Virus record (IMG/VR): IMGVR_UViG_3300046694_000136
Span: 1-64,000 of that record
Direction: 5' to 3' (one strand)
DNA: 64,000 nucleotides
Positions 53,198 to 63,800 of this stretch are shown here, in pieces. Each line of letters starts with the position of its first letter. Position 1 is the stretch's first letter. A model generated the notes under the pieces. The model saw nothing but the letters and a program-made list of their open reading frames with translations, made no database searches and was not told the DNA's origin. Both the position numbers and the translations under genes were made by a program.

Positions 53198-55366
53198 TCA
53201 GTTCGAACTGTTCAGTTCGTTGCTGTTGTGGGCATAGAGGTCGAACTCCATCATGTACTTCGCCTTGTTGAAGTAGCCGTGAACCACTACGTTCAAAATA
53301 GCGAGGTCGCCGACCTGACCGGAGTCGTACGAGGTTTCAGCCACGATACCTTGAACAGCGCCGCCCAGACCATCACGGCATTGCTCTTCGATCGAGTCCT
53401 TCATGATGGCCTCGTAGGAATCCTGGTCGAGGCTGCGGTCACCCACAACACGCTTCCATTGATCCGCCGAGATCTTCTCGATGCACACGCAGTTGAATAC
53501 GTTGATCTCGTCTTTCAAGACCGAGTCAGGGCTTGGGTGAACAGTCGGGAGACCCGGACGATACACCTGACCATTCCAATCCCAAGGGATGAGAGTGGTG
53601 TGGCCTTTGGAGAACCCGTCCGCTTGGATCTCAGGGGATTCGAACTCGATGGTCGAACCGTAGCCGATGGTCAGACGACGGTTGTCACCGGTATCTGGAG
53701 CCTTGGCAACGTTGACGCGACCGTTATCAGCACCGGCGTAGCCCGCATACTTCTGAGCCTTGTCGATGTTGGCCGAGAAGTACCAGCCGGTAGTTTCACC
53801 GGTCAGCTTAACTTCAGCCTTGTTGATCGACGCACGGCACGCAGGAGTACCCCACTTCTCGGATTCCGGAGTCATCCGCAGGTTGGTGGTCTGCATGTCA
53901 GCACGTGCATACACCTCATCCAGAGGGTTCGCTTCACCTGGAGTCCAGATGGTGGCGTCCTGTTGGACGAAGATGTCTTTACGAGCGCCCAGGAACTGGA
54001 CAGCAACGTCCTTAACTTCTTGGGAGAAGCCAACGTCCCACCAGATCGACTGACGGTTACGGGTAACGTCCTTCTGAGCCGAGCTGTTCACGTAAGTGGT
54101 CAAGTCAGCAACCATCAGGCTGTTGGTGATTTCCCAACCCTGCTTGATGGTAGTCGGCGTTTTCAGGCCAACCAGAAGACCGAACGGATCCGGTACGTTA
54201 TCCGGAGTGGTACCAGCAGGAAGCTGACCGGTGTTGTCGAGGAACGGGGACAGGCCACCGCTTACCTTAACAGCGCCGCTGAGGTCCCACTTGATCACGC
54301 CAGAGCTGGTGCACGCGTAGTACGGAGCGCCGGTGTGGTCTTGGCAGGTGAACGGGTTCATCTGCTTGTACTGCTCACCAGGACGACCGGAGTCAACCAG
54401 GTTGTCGTTCACCGGGCTTTCCAGGTGGTACATCAGCTGGCAGAGCGCAGCGATGTTCTCGTGGTAAACCACGGTACCGTTGATCGGAGCCGGGATTGCG
54501 CGCTGAGGACGGTTGACGTTGGTACCAGTGAAGGTACGGAACGCGTTGTCCAGACCGTACTTGACGTTCTTGACAGTCACGTCGAACAGAGTCGCCGGAA
54601 CGACTTCGTTGCTGCTGGACGGCGCTTTAACGAACGAGCGAACGCCAGCCTTGGTGTCAGTGAACTCACGCAGCTGGTACGGGAACACGCCGTTCTTACG
54701 AACGAAGTCCGAAGTCGCGCGCCATGCAGCGGTGGTGTTCTGAACGCCGAACTGGAAGCCGTTGCGGTTGTAATCTTCGCCGACGCCAGCCAGAGCTTCG
54801 TACAGTGGGTAAACCACGGTTTCCGGCGCACCGCCAACAGCAGCGATGGTACGCACTTCCAGCTCACCTGGGAGTTTACCGGTGATGTCGTCCAGTTTGA
54901 TCTGGATGTCGATACCCGGAATCGTAGCGCCTTGACCTACGATCGGGATGCGAGCACCGCTGGTGTCGTATTTGAAACGACCGGAAACATCGCGTTCAAA
55001 TTGCGGTACTTCAAGCTGGTAGACGAACGCCGACACTGCCGCACGGGCTTTGACGTTGTTTGCCGACAGACGACGGAAACCGATGGTGCCTTGGGCGCCG
55101 TCAGCCAACGCTGCGATCAGACGACCGATTGGGCCGTAGTACGGAGTTTCTGGGTCCAGAATGTCACCGAACGTTTTGGCGAAATCTTTGATGGCAACCC
55201 ATTGGGTACCAACTTCCGAGGCCAAACCGCCGATAGGAGACGTACCGGAAATAACAGGAAGGTGAAGCGGAGCCGTGGCAATAGTGACGTCATACTCAGG
55301 GACCGATACATCATTGATCCCGTTGTTGATCACCGAGCCAGGTACGATCTGGTTGAAAATACTCAT
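53198..55366 (-). CDS. contractile tail sheath protein (phiKZ gp29-like)
   Basis: 722 aa; PLHLP N-terminal motif, IWWDVGFS, and LPTVHPSPDSVL near the C-terminus; very strong codon bias. Confidence 0.8.
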   Translation of the reverse strand: MSIFNQIVPGSVINNGINDVSVPEYDVTIATAPLHLPVISGTSPIGGLASEVGTQWVAIKDFAKTFGDILDPETPYYGPIGRLIAALADGAQGTIGFRRLSANNVKARAAVSAFVYQLEVPQFERDVSGRFKYDTSGARIPIVGQGATIPGIDIQIKLDDITGKLPGELEVRTIAAVGGAPETVVYPLYEALAGVGEDYNRNGFQFGVQNTTAAWRATSDFVRKNGVFPYQLREFTDTKAGVRSFVKAPSSSNEVVPATLFDVTVKNVKYGLDNAFRTFTGTNVNRPQRAIPAPINGTVVYHENIAALCQLMYHLESPVNDNLVDSGRPGEQYKQMNPFTCQDHTGAPYYACTSSGVIKWDLSGAVKVSGGLSPFLDNTGQLPAGTTPDNVPDPFGLLVGLKTPTTIKQGWEITNSLMVADLTTYVNSSAQKDVTRNRQSIWWDVGFSQEVKDVAVQFLGARKDIFVQQDATIWTPGEANPLDEVYARADMQTTNLRMTPESEKWGTPACRASINKAEVKLTGETTGWYFSANIDKAQKYAGYAGADNGRVNVAKAPDTGDNRRLTIGYGSTIEFESPEIQADGFSKGHTTLIPWDWNGQVYRPGLPTVHPSPDSVLKDEINVFNCVCIEKISADQWKRVVGDRSLDQDSYEAIMKDSIEEQCRDGLGGAVQGIVAETSYDSGQVGDLAILNVVVHGYFNKAKYMMEFDLYAHNSNELNSSN

Positions 55367-55485
55367 ATCGAGTCAGCCTCGTGATGAAATTTGATGGGTG
55401 GAGCAATCGTATGCACCCAATTTTTAGGGCCTTAATGTGTCATTTACACTTAACACATAACATGTTATTTAAGGAAATACCGCCC

Positions 55486-56367
55486 ATGCTCATTAATGCT
55501 TACGATTCCTCAGCCGGCAGGGTCTTGCGGTCTCTCCATAAGGTGGATGAAATCATCAAGCTTCTGCACCTAAAGCAGAACCTGACCCCCACCAGTAAGA
55601 AAGATGTGTTTGTTCTGACGTTCGCCAATAACGTTCCGTTTGATACACTTGCATTCCCGATTACGCTGGAAACACATACTCGCGAAACCATCACGGTTTA
55701 CGACGAGCGCCCTTACCGAGATAGTCAGAACCGCCCAGTCAATACCAACGACATCACCATCATGAAGCTTTGCGCTTTCCTACAGCAGGACTGTGCGAAC
55801 AAGAAGTTGGGTACGTTGAAGAACATGCGGGCTATGACAGCTCGTGGTTTTGCTGAAGGCTTCTCTGCCCGTATCAGCAGCCGGGCTACTCTAACGACTG
55901 ATGAGACCAAAGTGTTCAAAGCTTTGGCTGTCTACTACGTCACTTGCTTGATGGAGCTCCAGGGTACCGATCTGACCTTCGTCGGCGTCAACACCATCCG
56001 CACCGTTTATAACTGGCAGCAGGACTTCAGTCTTGGTGTTATCGAGGACCTTCCTCACATGAAGACTTTGGAGGATCTGCTCAAAGCAATCCACAAAGAG
56101 CCAATCCTTTATAAGCTGAAGGGTACGGACCTCAAGGACTTCATGGCGTTGGGTTCCTCGATCGTATCGACTGCACTGAAAGGTCCGGTTATCGGTGCTG
56201 CTCTGGAATCCCCTTGCCTGCTGGCAGCTTTTGCCTACGGCGCCTCTAAGTTCAAGTTGTTGAATAAAAGCCCTATGGGTATGGCGTTCGATCCTAAGTA
56301 CGCAGGCCAAGCCGCTTTGGAAGCGTTCTGGAAGAACATTGATTACACGTACGACCTGAATCGGTAA
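55486..56367 (+). CDS. virion structural protein (phiKZ gp28-like by synteny)
   Basis: AAGGA SD before ATG 55486; divergent from the sheath gene. Confidence 0.65.
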   Translation: MLINAYDSSAGRVLRSLHKVDEIIKLLHLKQNLTPTSKKDVFVLTFANNVPFDTLAFPITLETHTRETITVYDERPYRDSQNRPVNTNDITIMKLCAFLQQDCANKKLGTLKNMRAMTARGFAEGFSARISSRATLTTDETKVFKALAVYYVTCLMELQGTDLTFVGVNTIRTVYNWQQDFSLGVIEDLPHMKTLEDLLKAIHKEPILYKLKGTDLKDFMALGSSIVSTALKGPVIGAALESPCLLAAFAYGASKFKLLNKSPMGMAFDPKYAGQAALEAFWKNIDYTYDLNR

Positions 56368-56373
56368 TCGCCT

Positions 56374-58989
56374 ATGAGCATTATTGGCTTCGAGTCCAAC
56401 AATCCGTTGTTGGACTATGCCATCGGTAATCTCTGGGGTAATCCTGAGGAGAATCACCAGCGTCAAGTAGACATGGTACGGATCTCGGATTACTACGGAA
56501 GCATCGATAACTTCGGTTACATGGAAGCGTGGAGAAGTCTACCTAAGAAGGGTAAGTTCTTCCACGTATTTAGTGTGGGTGGTCTGGATCCAGGTTTCTG
56601 GAACTTCAGGACTGGTCATAGTCGACGCAATCCGCTGGACCGCTGGGTTAACCTCGGCGATCTGTGTACACGTCGCGGTTCCATGATTAACATCTATAAC
56701 ACGTTCGGTTTCAACTACACCAAAGCTAAAGCGTGGGTGATGTGTACTTATGACGGGCTGGTCTTCGTTGCACTGGAGAAGCTTAAGTCATACCCGGTTC
56801 CGATCAACATGGAAATGTTCTTCCGGGTCTACACCCCGACCGTACCGGTGCCTCGTAATGAAACGGTAGACGTACCGGGGATCAACTCCTTCATCTACGA
56901 GACCATGGTCTACGAGTACGCTACAGAGCTGAACCAGTTCATCGTTAGGTACGCGTTCCTGAAGACCTTGCCGGGGTTCACCTTCGTTTACCATAATGGG
57001 GCTTACTTCCACGGAGCTCCTAACCAGATCCCTAACTTGGTGATCGGTGATGTGGTAGAGATCATCCACGACCCAACCGTTATCCGAGCTGAGCTGTATC
57101 GGTACGACCAACTCCCTGCGTTCTACAGTGAGCTGGACAAGGTTCGTAAGCTGATCATCCACCCACCTAAAGTGGAAGGTGATTTCAAGTTACGTTATTT
57201 CGATGACAACGATTACTTCTTGGTAGGTCCAAAGAACTACGGCCTGTACTTCCACCGGAACAACGAGCGTTCGGTTCGGCAGATGACTCACCAGGACGTG
57301 GCCATCTCTGACTACGACATTCAAATGGCCAGCGGTCATCACCCTGATCTGGGTAACTTGGCGAGTAACCGTATCTTGGTGCTGGTCCGGAAGACTGATT
57401 GGGAATACCAGTGGCCGTGGGAGCACAACCGGGTTCGTTACCTATACCGTTTGCCTGATGCAGATATCCTGCGGGCTATGACGGGTGCTCGGGCTACTGT
57501 TCCTGAATGGGCAGCATCCAACCTCGAGCAAGGGCCGGTTATGTCCTTCACTCGTAGTCAGTGGAAGAACCTCTCCAGAGAAAGTGCGAAGAAGGCATTT
57601 GGTTACAACGCTTCTACTTTGATCCTGAGTAATACTCCGGTTAAGGTTGACCACATTCCCGGTACATTGGGTCTGGAGATACCGGTTACCTACCGTGCTG
57701 CGTGCAGTGCTTGGGAGTACGACGCTGAAGGCAAACTGCTGGGTTGGTGGAACATGACCAACCGTCTGTACTTCATTCCGAAGTACGCAGATTGCAAGAT
57801 GGTCGAGTTCACTCTGGGTACCGCTGGACGTAACGTGGACTACAAGGTGGTTAACACAACTACTGAAGTGGATCCATTGAACAACGTTCGGGTCTATGTT
57901 TCTTCGTGGAGCATTGATTCGCAGAAGCTGGTCGGTGAGATGGTGGACGTGACCGGTGATGATTCGATCTACTACATCGAGAACGGTCTTCTCTTCTGGA
58001 AGGAGCTGGATCCGGTTAACCAACGTGGGGTGTTGCTGTTTAACACCAAGTGCTTGGGGTATAGCTTTGAGCTGGATCACATTGACCACAGCCTGAGCTT
58101 TGCACAAACCCACATGTACGACGGTGGCGGCCTGATCTTCCCGACGGCGTTCGCTAACTACTCGATCTGGTTGAACGGTCATCCTTTGATCGACAATGTG
58201 GACTGGTTCTTTGATGGGGACTACTTCTACATCGTTAACAAACAGTTCATTGTGGAAGGGCCGCAACAGATCACCTTCCGAGCTGACCAATTCCATCCCG
58301 ATCAGAAGTTGCCTGTTCGTAAGACGGAGTTGGGTTTTGTAGACGGTGGGGTGATTGGTCGTTTCCCTCGTTATAACCTGCGAGATGATCGGGTAACCCG
58401 TTGTGTGATCGGTGGTCGACTGTTCCGCACTGCTGATGTTCCTAGTGCTGAGAAGCGTTCCCCTGATGATCTGTGGGACACCCTGAACGGGTTGCCTTAC
58501 ATGGTCAAGTACACCTACACCCCGATGTGGTACGTTGAGGAGTATAACAACTTCCCAGGGTACGAACTGGCTCAAGAGGTTGACAAGCGGATCAGTGACT
58601 ATATGACACTGTACGCTGTTAAGCCGAACCAACAACCGGTGATCCATAACCAGCAAGACAAGTATCGTCTGTTCAGTCCGTTCTTGAGCGTGATTGTCAA
58701 TGCTCTCCTGAACCGGCTGCTGGTACTTCCTGCATTGGAAGATATGGAAGAGGGTTACACCGATCGGTTCGTCCGGGATCAGGTTGCCAGTTATATGTGG
58801 TGGCTGAAGTACGACCCTGTTCCTCTCAAGTTCGACCTGCGTTATTTCGCAGTGATGCCTTACGCAAACTACGGGATCCAGACGATCACTTCTGACGAGA
58901 TGGTCTTCATTCGTCAGGTCAATGATTTGTTCCTGAACTCCGTGTGTCAGATTGAAGGACACTTCCAAGTAAACGATAACGTTCGCTAG
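56374..58989 (+). CDS. large virion structural protein (phiKZ gp27-like by synteny)
   Basis: 871 aa, beta-rich, between the sheath and terminase genes. Confidence 0.65.
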   Translation: MSIIGFESNNPLLDYAIGNLWGNPEENHQRQVDMVRISDYYGSIDNFGYMEAWRSLPKKGKFFHVFSVGGLDPGFWNFRTGHSRRNPLDRWVNLGDLCTRRGSMINIYNTFGFNYTKAKAWVMCTYDGLVFVALEKLKSYPVPINMEMFFRVYTPTVPVPRNETVDVPGINSFIYETMVYEYATELNQFIVRYAFLKTLPGFTFVYHNGAYFHGAPNQIPNLVIGDVVEIIHDPTVIRAELYRYDQLPAFYSELDKVRKLIIHPPKVEGDFKLRYFDDNDYFLVGPKNYGLYFHRNNERSVRQMTHQDVAISDYDIQMASGHHPDLGNLASNRILVLVRKTDWEYQWPWEHNRVRYLYRLPDADILRAMTGARATVPEWAASNLEQGPVMSFTRSQWKNLSRESAKKAFGYNASTLILSNTPVKVDHIPGTLGLEIPVTYRAACSAWEYDAEGKLLGWWNMTNRLYFIPKYADCKMVEFTLGTAGRNVDYKVVNTTTEVDPLNNVRVYVSSWSIDSQKLVGEMVDVTGDDSIYYIENGLLFWKELDPVNQRGVLLFNTKCLGYSFELDHIDHSLSFAQTHMYDGGGLIFPTAFANYSIWLNGHPLIDNVDWFFDGDYFYIVNKQFIVEGPQQITFRADQFHPDQKLPVRKTELGFVDGGVIGRFPRYNLRDDRVTRCVIGGRLFRTADVPSAEKRSPDDLWDTLNGLPYMVKYTYTPMWYVEEYNNFPGYELAQEVDKRISDYMTLYAVKPNQQPVIHNQQDKYRLFSPFLSVIVNALLNRLLVLPALEDMEEGYTDRFVRDQVASYMWWLKYDPVPLKFDLRYFAVMPYANYGIQTITSDEMVFIRQVNDLFLNSVCQIEGHFQVNDNVR

Positions 58990-59009
58990 AACTTATCCGA
59001 GGACTAAAT

Positions 59010-60737
59010 ATGTTCAGTGATACTCCCAGTACGTCCGCTGAACGGGCAGTAGCCGCAACCAACCTGGCTGTAGCCAACGTAGGTGAACGCTTCCAGCCCT
59101 TCATGCTCCACCTTCAAGATATTTATGATCCGGACATCCATCCGGTCGATGACATCAAGCGTTACGTGGTTCCTAAAGAAGACTGGCTGGTCTTCAACGT
59201 TCCAGGTGGGGTGATCCTTCGGGTTGCTCACGTGGATACTGAAGCTACCAACAAGTCGACTCTGGTTCCATGGGCGATGATCAACGGCGATGCTTCGCAG
59301 ACCACTGAGCAGGATTGGATCTTCGGTCTGAAAGGTGGTCCAATGATCGGTGAGGCTCTGCTCTCTATCGATTACACCCAGCGCCCTAACGTGGCCAAGA
59401 TCGACAGTACCATCATGCGTCCGGGTGCTGCTTACGCCAAGGTCTTCAAAGGCAACGCGGCTATTGAGTCGTTGAACATCGGGGTTCAGTACAACTCGAA
59501 CCTGGTGATCACCAGCAAGCAAGTACCGGTTAAGTTGGCAGAGATCATTGACCGGACTAACGTCAGTATCATGACGACGGGTTCGTTCTCTGTAACTGAA
59601 AACGAAGAAGCTCTGCCTAACGGCGAACGTTGCTACTTGGCGTTCTACGATGAAGGCGATAACTTCATTCCTCCAGCGGCACTGTTGCGGGTTCAGCACT
59701 CGTCCTACATGAAGGACCACCAGCTGGGTACCAAGTACCTCGAGTCGGTCGAACTGCTTAGCCCATGGTTTACCAACACGATGGATCCGAAGCTGTTGGT
59801 GGTTCCGATCAACGTGGTGATCCCTGCGGTAGAGTTGCGTGCTATTGCGCATTACTCTGACGGCAGCAGTTCTGTACCTTCGCCAGTTAACGCGCCACCA
59901 TGGAACCTGATCGGGTTGTCGGAATACCGCCCTACCTATCCTGGTAATGGCGGTGAGCTGGTTCTGACTCGTAAGCTGTTGGATAACGAACAGCATGCGG
60001 TAGCGGAGCCGGGTAACCCTGACTTCAAGAAGCAGATCTACCGTATCGAAGCAGGTGCTGTTAAAGGTGCATGGTCGCCGAAGCTTTACACCTTCCCTGT
60101 TTGGGATCCGGCCATCAGTGGTTACAGCCTGCGTCATTGGTTGTACGACTTGGATCGGAAGTACGTGATCGACGTTACTCAGTTCGTCACGTTCAACCAG
60201 CAGAGTCAGCCATGGCGTCCAACAGCGTACGGTGTGTCTCAGTCGTTGGTGTTCAACTTGAACCTGCGGGATGTTTCGATTCTGAACGCATCCATCACGT
60301 TCTTCCAATACACCACGATTATCTTGCGCGCTCCGATCAGTGGGACTGGGAAACGTTGGGAAGTGTCTTTCGCCCCAACCACTCCGTTCTTCGGTGGTAT
60401 GTTCGCTCAGGTAACCAACGCTGGGGTTAACACTCGCTTCAACGTTAAGAACGGCTTCGCTAACCAGAAGGCGTGGTTGGAAGGGATGTACCGGGCAGTC
60501 TCCCCAAGCTACAACCGTTGGGATGAAGAGAAAGCTCCGGAACCAACTCACTTCTACCTGACTCATCCAACCGATGGACGGAAGTGGTTGTTCTCCATCG
60601 CTTTGTGGGATCAGGACAACGGCATGCCGATCGAACTGCAACACGGTCAAACCTGGGTACTTCAGTGGGTTAACCGTAGCAGTGCGGGCGTTGAGCTTCA
60701 GTTGGCTGCGTCGGGTATTACCATTAACGCTGGTTGA
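59010..60737 (+). CDS. virion structural protein (phiKZ gp26-like by synteny)
   Basis: 575 aa, beta-rich; GAGGA SD. Confidence 0.65.
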   Translation: MFSDTPSTSAERAVAATNLAVANVGERFQPFMLHLQDIYDPDIHPVDDIKRYVVPKEDWLVFNVPGGVILRVAHVDTEATNKSTLVPWAMINGDASQTTEQDWIFGLKGGPMIGEALLSIDYTQRPNVAKIDSTIMRPGAAYAKVFKGNAAIESLNIGVQYNSNLVITSKQVPVKLAEIIDRTNVSIMTTGSFSVTENEEALPNGERCYLAFYDEGDNFIPPAALLRVQHSSYMKDHQLGTKYLESVELLSPWFTNTMDPKLLVVPINVVIPAVELRAIAHYSDGSSSVPSPVNAPPWNLIGLSEYRPTYPGNGGELVLTRKLLDNEQHAVAEPGNPDFKKQIYRIEAGAVKGAWSPKLYTFPVWDPAISGYSLRHWLYDLDRKYVIDVTQFVTFNQQSQPWRPTAYGVSQSLVFNLNLRDVSILNASITFFQYTTIILRAPISGTGKRWEVSFAPTTPFFGGMFAQVTNAGVNTRFNVKNGFANQKAWLEGMYRAVSPSYNRWDEEKAPEPTHFYLTHPTDGRKWLFSIALWDQDNGMPIELQHGQTWVLQWVNRSSAGVELQLAASGITINAG

Positions 60738-60755
60738 TGTGGATTGTATGTTCAA

Positions 60756-60797
60756 CTAACCCTCCGCCCTTAGGGCGGAGGGTTAGGATACCTTTTC
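60756..60797 (+). terminator. hairpin terminator before the terminase gene
   Basis: 14-bp stem CTAACCCTCCGCCC-TTA-GGGCGGAGGGTTAG followed by a short T run. Confidence 0.75.
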
Positions 60798-60810
60798 AAG
60801 GAATTCGTAT

Positions 60811-63800
60811 ATGTCTACTGAAACAGATGAAGACTATAATCGGTTATTAGAGTTTGCTACCAAAGTCAAGAATTACCTTGGGGTTACCAATCTCACCAAG
60901 AAGTTAGTAGACGACAAGCGCCTCCGTATCGACTCGGAAGCGCGCAGTGAAGAAGAAACCTTGATGGCGCATTTCAAGGAAGACAGTTTGTGGGGTATCA
61001 AAACCGCACGCTTCCTGAAAGACTTCCATCTGTACAAAGCTGCGCCGGACATGGACACGAAGAACGAGTCCTTTCTGCGTACAGCAGAGATCTTCCGGTT
61101 ACAGGGGATCAAGAACTATTACTTTATCCTTCAGCTGAATAACCCGATGTTGAAAGGGGTGGATCCTCACGCTCCTGATTTGACAGATCTTCAGAAGACC
61201 ATGATCGCTAAGGAGTCCAAAGAGAACTTCTGGTATTTCCTGCGAGAAGTGTGTCGGATTAAAGGCGGTATGCCGTTCTTGGCTAACCGCGGTAACGTCA
61301 GTTTCATGTGGTCTTATCTGAACCACGTTACCACGCACATGATCATGCCTCGTCAGCAAGGCAAGCCGCAACCTGACAGCAGCGAGATCCGTGTTATCCC
61401 TGATGACCCAGCAACCGCCAAGTCTGCTGACTTCTGGAAGAAGATGGGTCACATGAAGGTCGGTGACGTGGTCATGGATCAGAAGGGTGAACCTGCCAAC
61501 GTGATTGGTGTTCACCCTCAGGGTAAGATCCGGGTCTACCGTATTACTGGTAGTGACGGTCGTTCTACTGATGCAGGGGTTGGTCACCTGTGGACCATGA
61601 AGAACTCGCTGGACAGCATCAATGATCGTGGCCTGTGGAGTGAGTACACCACGGCTGACATGATTCACTTGTTGAAGCAGAAAGCTGTTCTGCAATTCCC
61701 ACTGGTAGAACCAGAACTGGGTGTTAAGCGAGATCATGCAATCGATCCATACGTCATGGGTTTGATGGCTACGGCCAGAAACACCAACGGTGGTCTTCAG
61801 TTCAATGTCCTCAACGATGCGCAAGCTAACTACGTTGAAGCTAACCTGCCTAAGTACACCCGTCTGACTAAAGGTAAGGGTGAATGGACCTTTGCTCGTG
61901 ATGACGGTAACCCGATTACGTTCGATAAAGAAGTAGGACTTCCCGCTGCCTACTTGGAAGGGGCTCTGGAAGACCGTATAAGCCTCCTGCAAGCGTTCTG
62001 TGACAACCGGGGTATCATTGGCGATAAGAACGTCTACATCGCTGTAAACCGTGCTATCGGAGCTCAGCTGAAATATCTGGTACGTGGGTTGGGCGGTACT
62101 GCTGCTAACAAAGGCAACGGTATCGTCATTACACTGCCGGAAACCATCCCTTACTTCAAGACCCGTGAACAGGAACGTCCGGTTAATGAGGTGAATGCTC
62201 TGTTCGTTAAGTCGATCAAGTATCTGTGGGAAGAGAAGTCTACCTGCATTGAGATTGACTCTTCGGAACACTTGTACGTTACCGATGACTTCATGGTGAC
62301 CCACAACACGGTGTCGGTTCAGGTCATTAACTTCTGGCTGACCTACATCATGGGTCGAGGGTATACATCTCACCTCATTACCCTGAAGAGTGATAACCGG
62401 GCTCAGTTCGTCAACGCCATTAAGACGATCCGTAGCAGTATTCCTAAGTTCTTGGTTAACTCGACCTATAAGGACAAGGACGCTGGTACATCGTTAACGT
62501 ATAAAGCGTTTGGTGAGGATCAGGTTAATACCCTGTACATCAACGTTCCGCAACAAGGGGCTGACGCAGCAGGCGACTTGGCACGTGGTCTGACAGTAGG
62601 TTCTGGTTGGTACGACGAATCAGCGTACATCAAGTACATCGACTTGATCATCGACGGTTCTGGTCCTTCCATGCTAACCGAGATGGCTGTATGTCGTTCT
62701 AAAGGCCTGCCACACGGGATCAGTCACATCACAACACCGAACACAACGCTGCACCCAAGTGGTCAGTTCATGTTCAAACGTTTGATGGACTCTACCGAAT
62801 GGCGAGAGAAGTTCTTTGACTGCTTCAGCGAGTCCGATCTGCATGACAAGCTGATTAAAGCGTCTCCAGTCGAAACCACGTCTCCTAAACTGGCGATGGT
62901 GTATAACTACCTCCAGCTGGGTAAAGACAAGGACTGGGTGAAGTGGGTTATCGACGACCTTAACTTGAGTAAAGCTAAGGCCAAGATCGACTTGCTGTTG
63001 ATGTGGGTGGAAGACGGGGAGAACCGGTTGTTTGATGACCAGACCCGTGAAGCCATTAACAACATGAAGCGGGACGTAGTGTGGAGCAAAGAGTACAAGG
63101 ACTTTAACCTTTACATGGACTTCTTTGTTACACAGAACGAACTGGCTGAAATGTGCGCGAAGTCTTACAACGACTTCTTCTTGATCGGTTGCGATACTTC
63201 CTCCGCTATCAACAAGGACGCCTGCACCATCGTAATCCGCAGTATGAAGACTGGTAAGGTCGTTGGGGTAGGTCGATACGCTCTTACCTATCTGGACCAC
63301 GTAGCGAGCATCTTGGTGGACTTGCTGGAATGCATTCAGAACAGTATCCTGATCCCTGAACGCAACTATGCTCACCACATGATCGATACGCTCCTGATCA
63401 CGCTGCCTGCTAAGGGTATGGATCCATTCACCCGGATCTACAACACGGTCTACAACGACACGGTTGGTCACGAGAAGGAGTACGAAGAAGTTAGACGTAC
63501 TGGGTTCGCTACTCGTAGCAAGAACTTCTACCTGAAGTTCAAGCAGCACTTTGGGTTCCTCACCACAGGTACTTCTCGTAAGACACTTTACGGGTTGATC
63601 ATCGAAGCGGTAGGGAACACGGGTTATGGGTTGGCGTACAGCAAGCTTGCGGATGAACTGATTAACCTGCGGCTTAAGGCAGACCGGATTGACCACGACT
63701 CTAAGCAACACGATGACTTGGTTATTTCGTGGCTGTTGAGTTACTGGTTCATTAAGCTGGGGATGAACAAATCGCTATACGGGATTCCTCCTGGACTGGC

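Noticed and set aside
53174-55384. 736-aa + strand ORF opposite the tail sheath
   Set aside because: In-register antisense shadow of a strongly biased gene that avoids TTA/CTA/TCA; no SD and no motifs. The same applies to 7241..8524, 14915..16084, 28491..29585, 31419..33314, 41751..42974, 57442..58968, 59004..60755 and 61099..62373.
55360-60813. Many late genes start with TATG, the phiKZ late promoter consensus
   Set aside because: A 4-mer containing the start codon is expected often by chance and from a -1 T preference; it cannot be called a promoter without TSS data.
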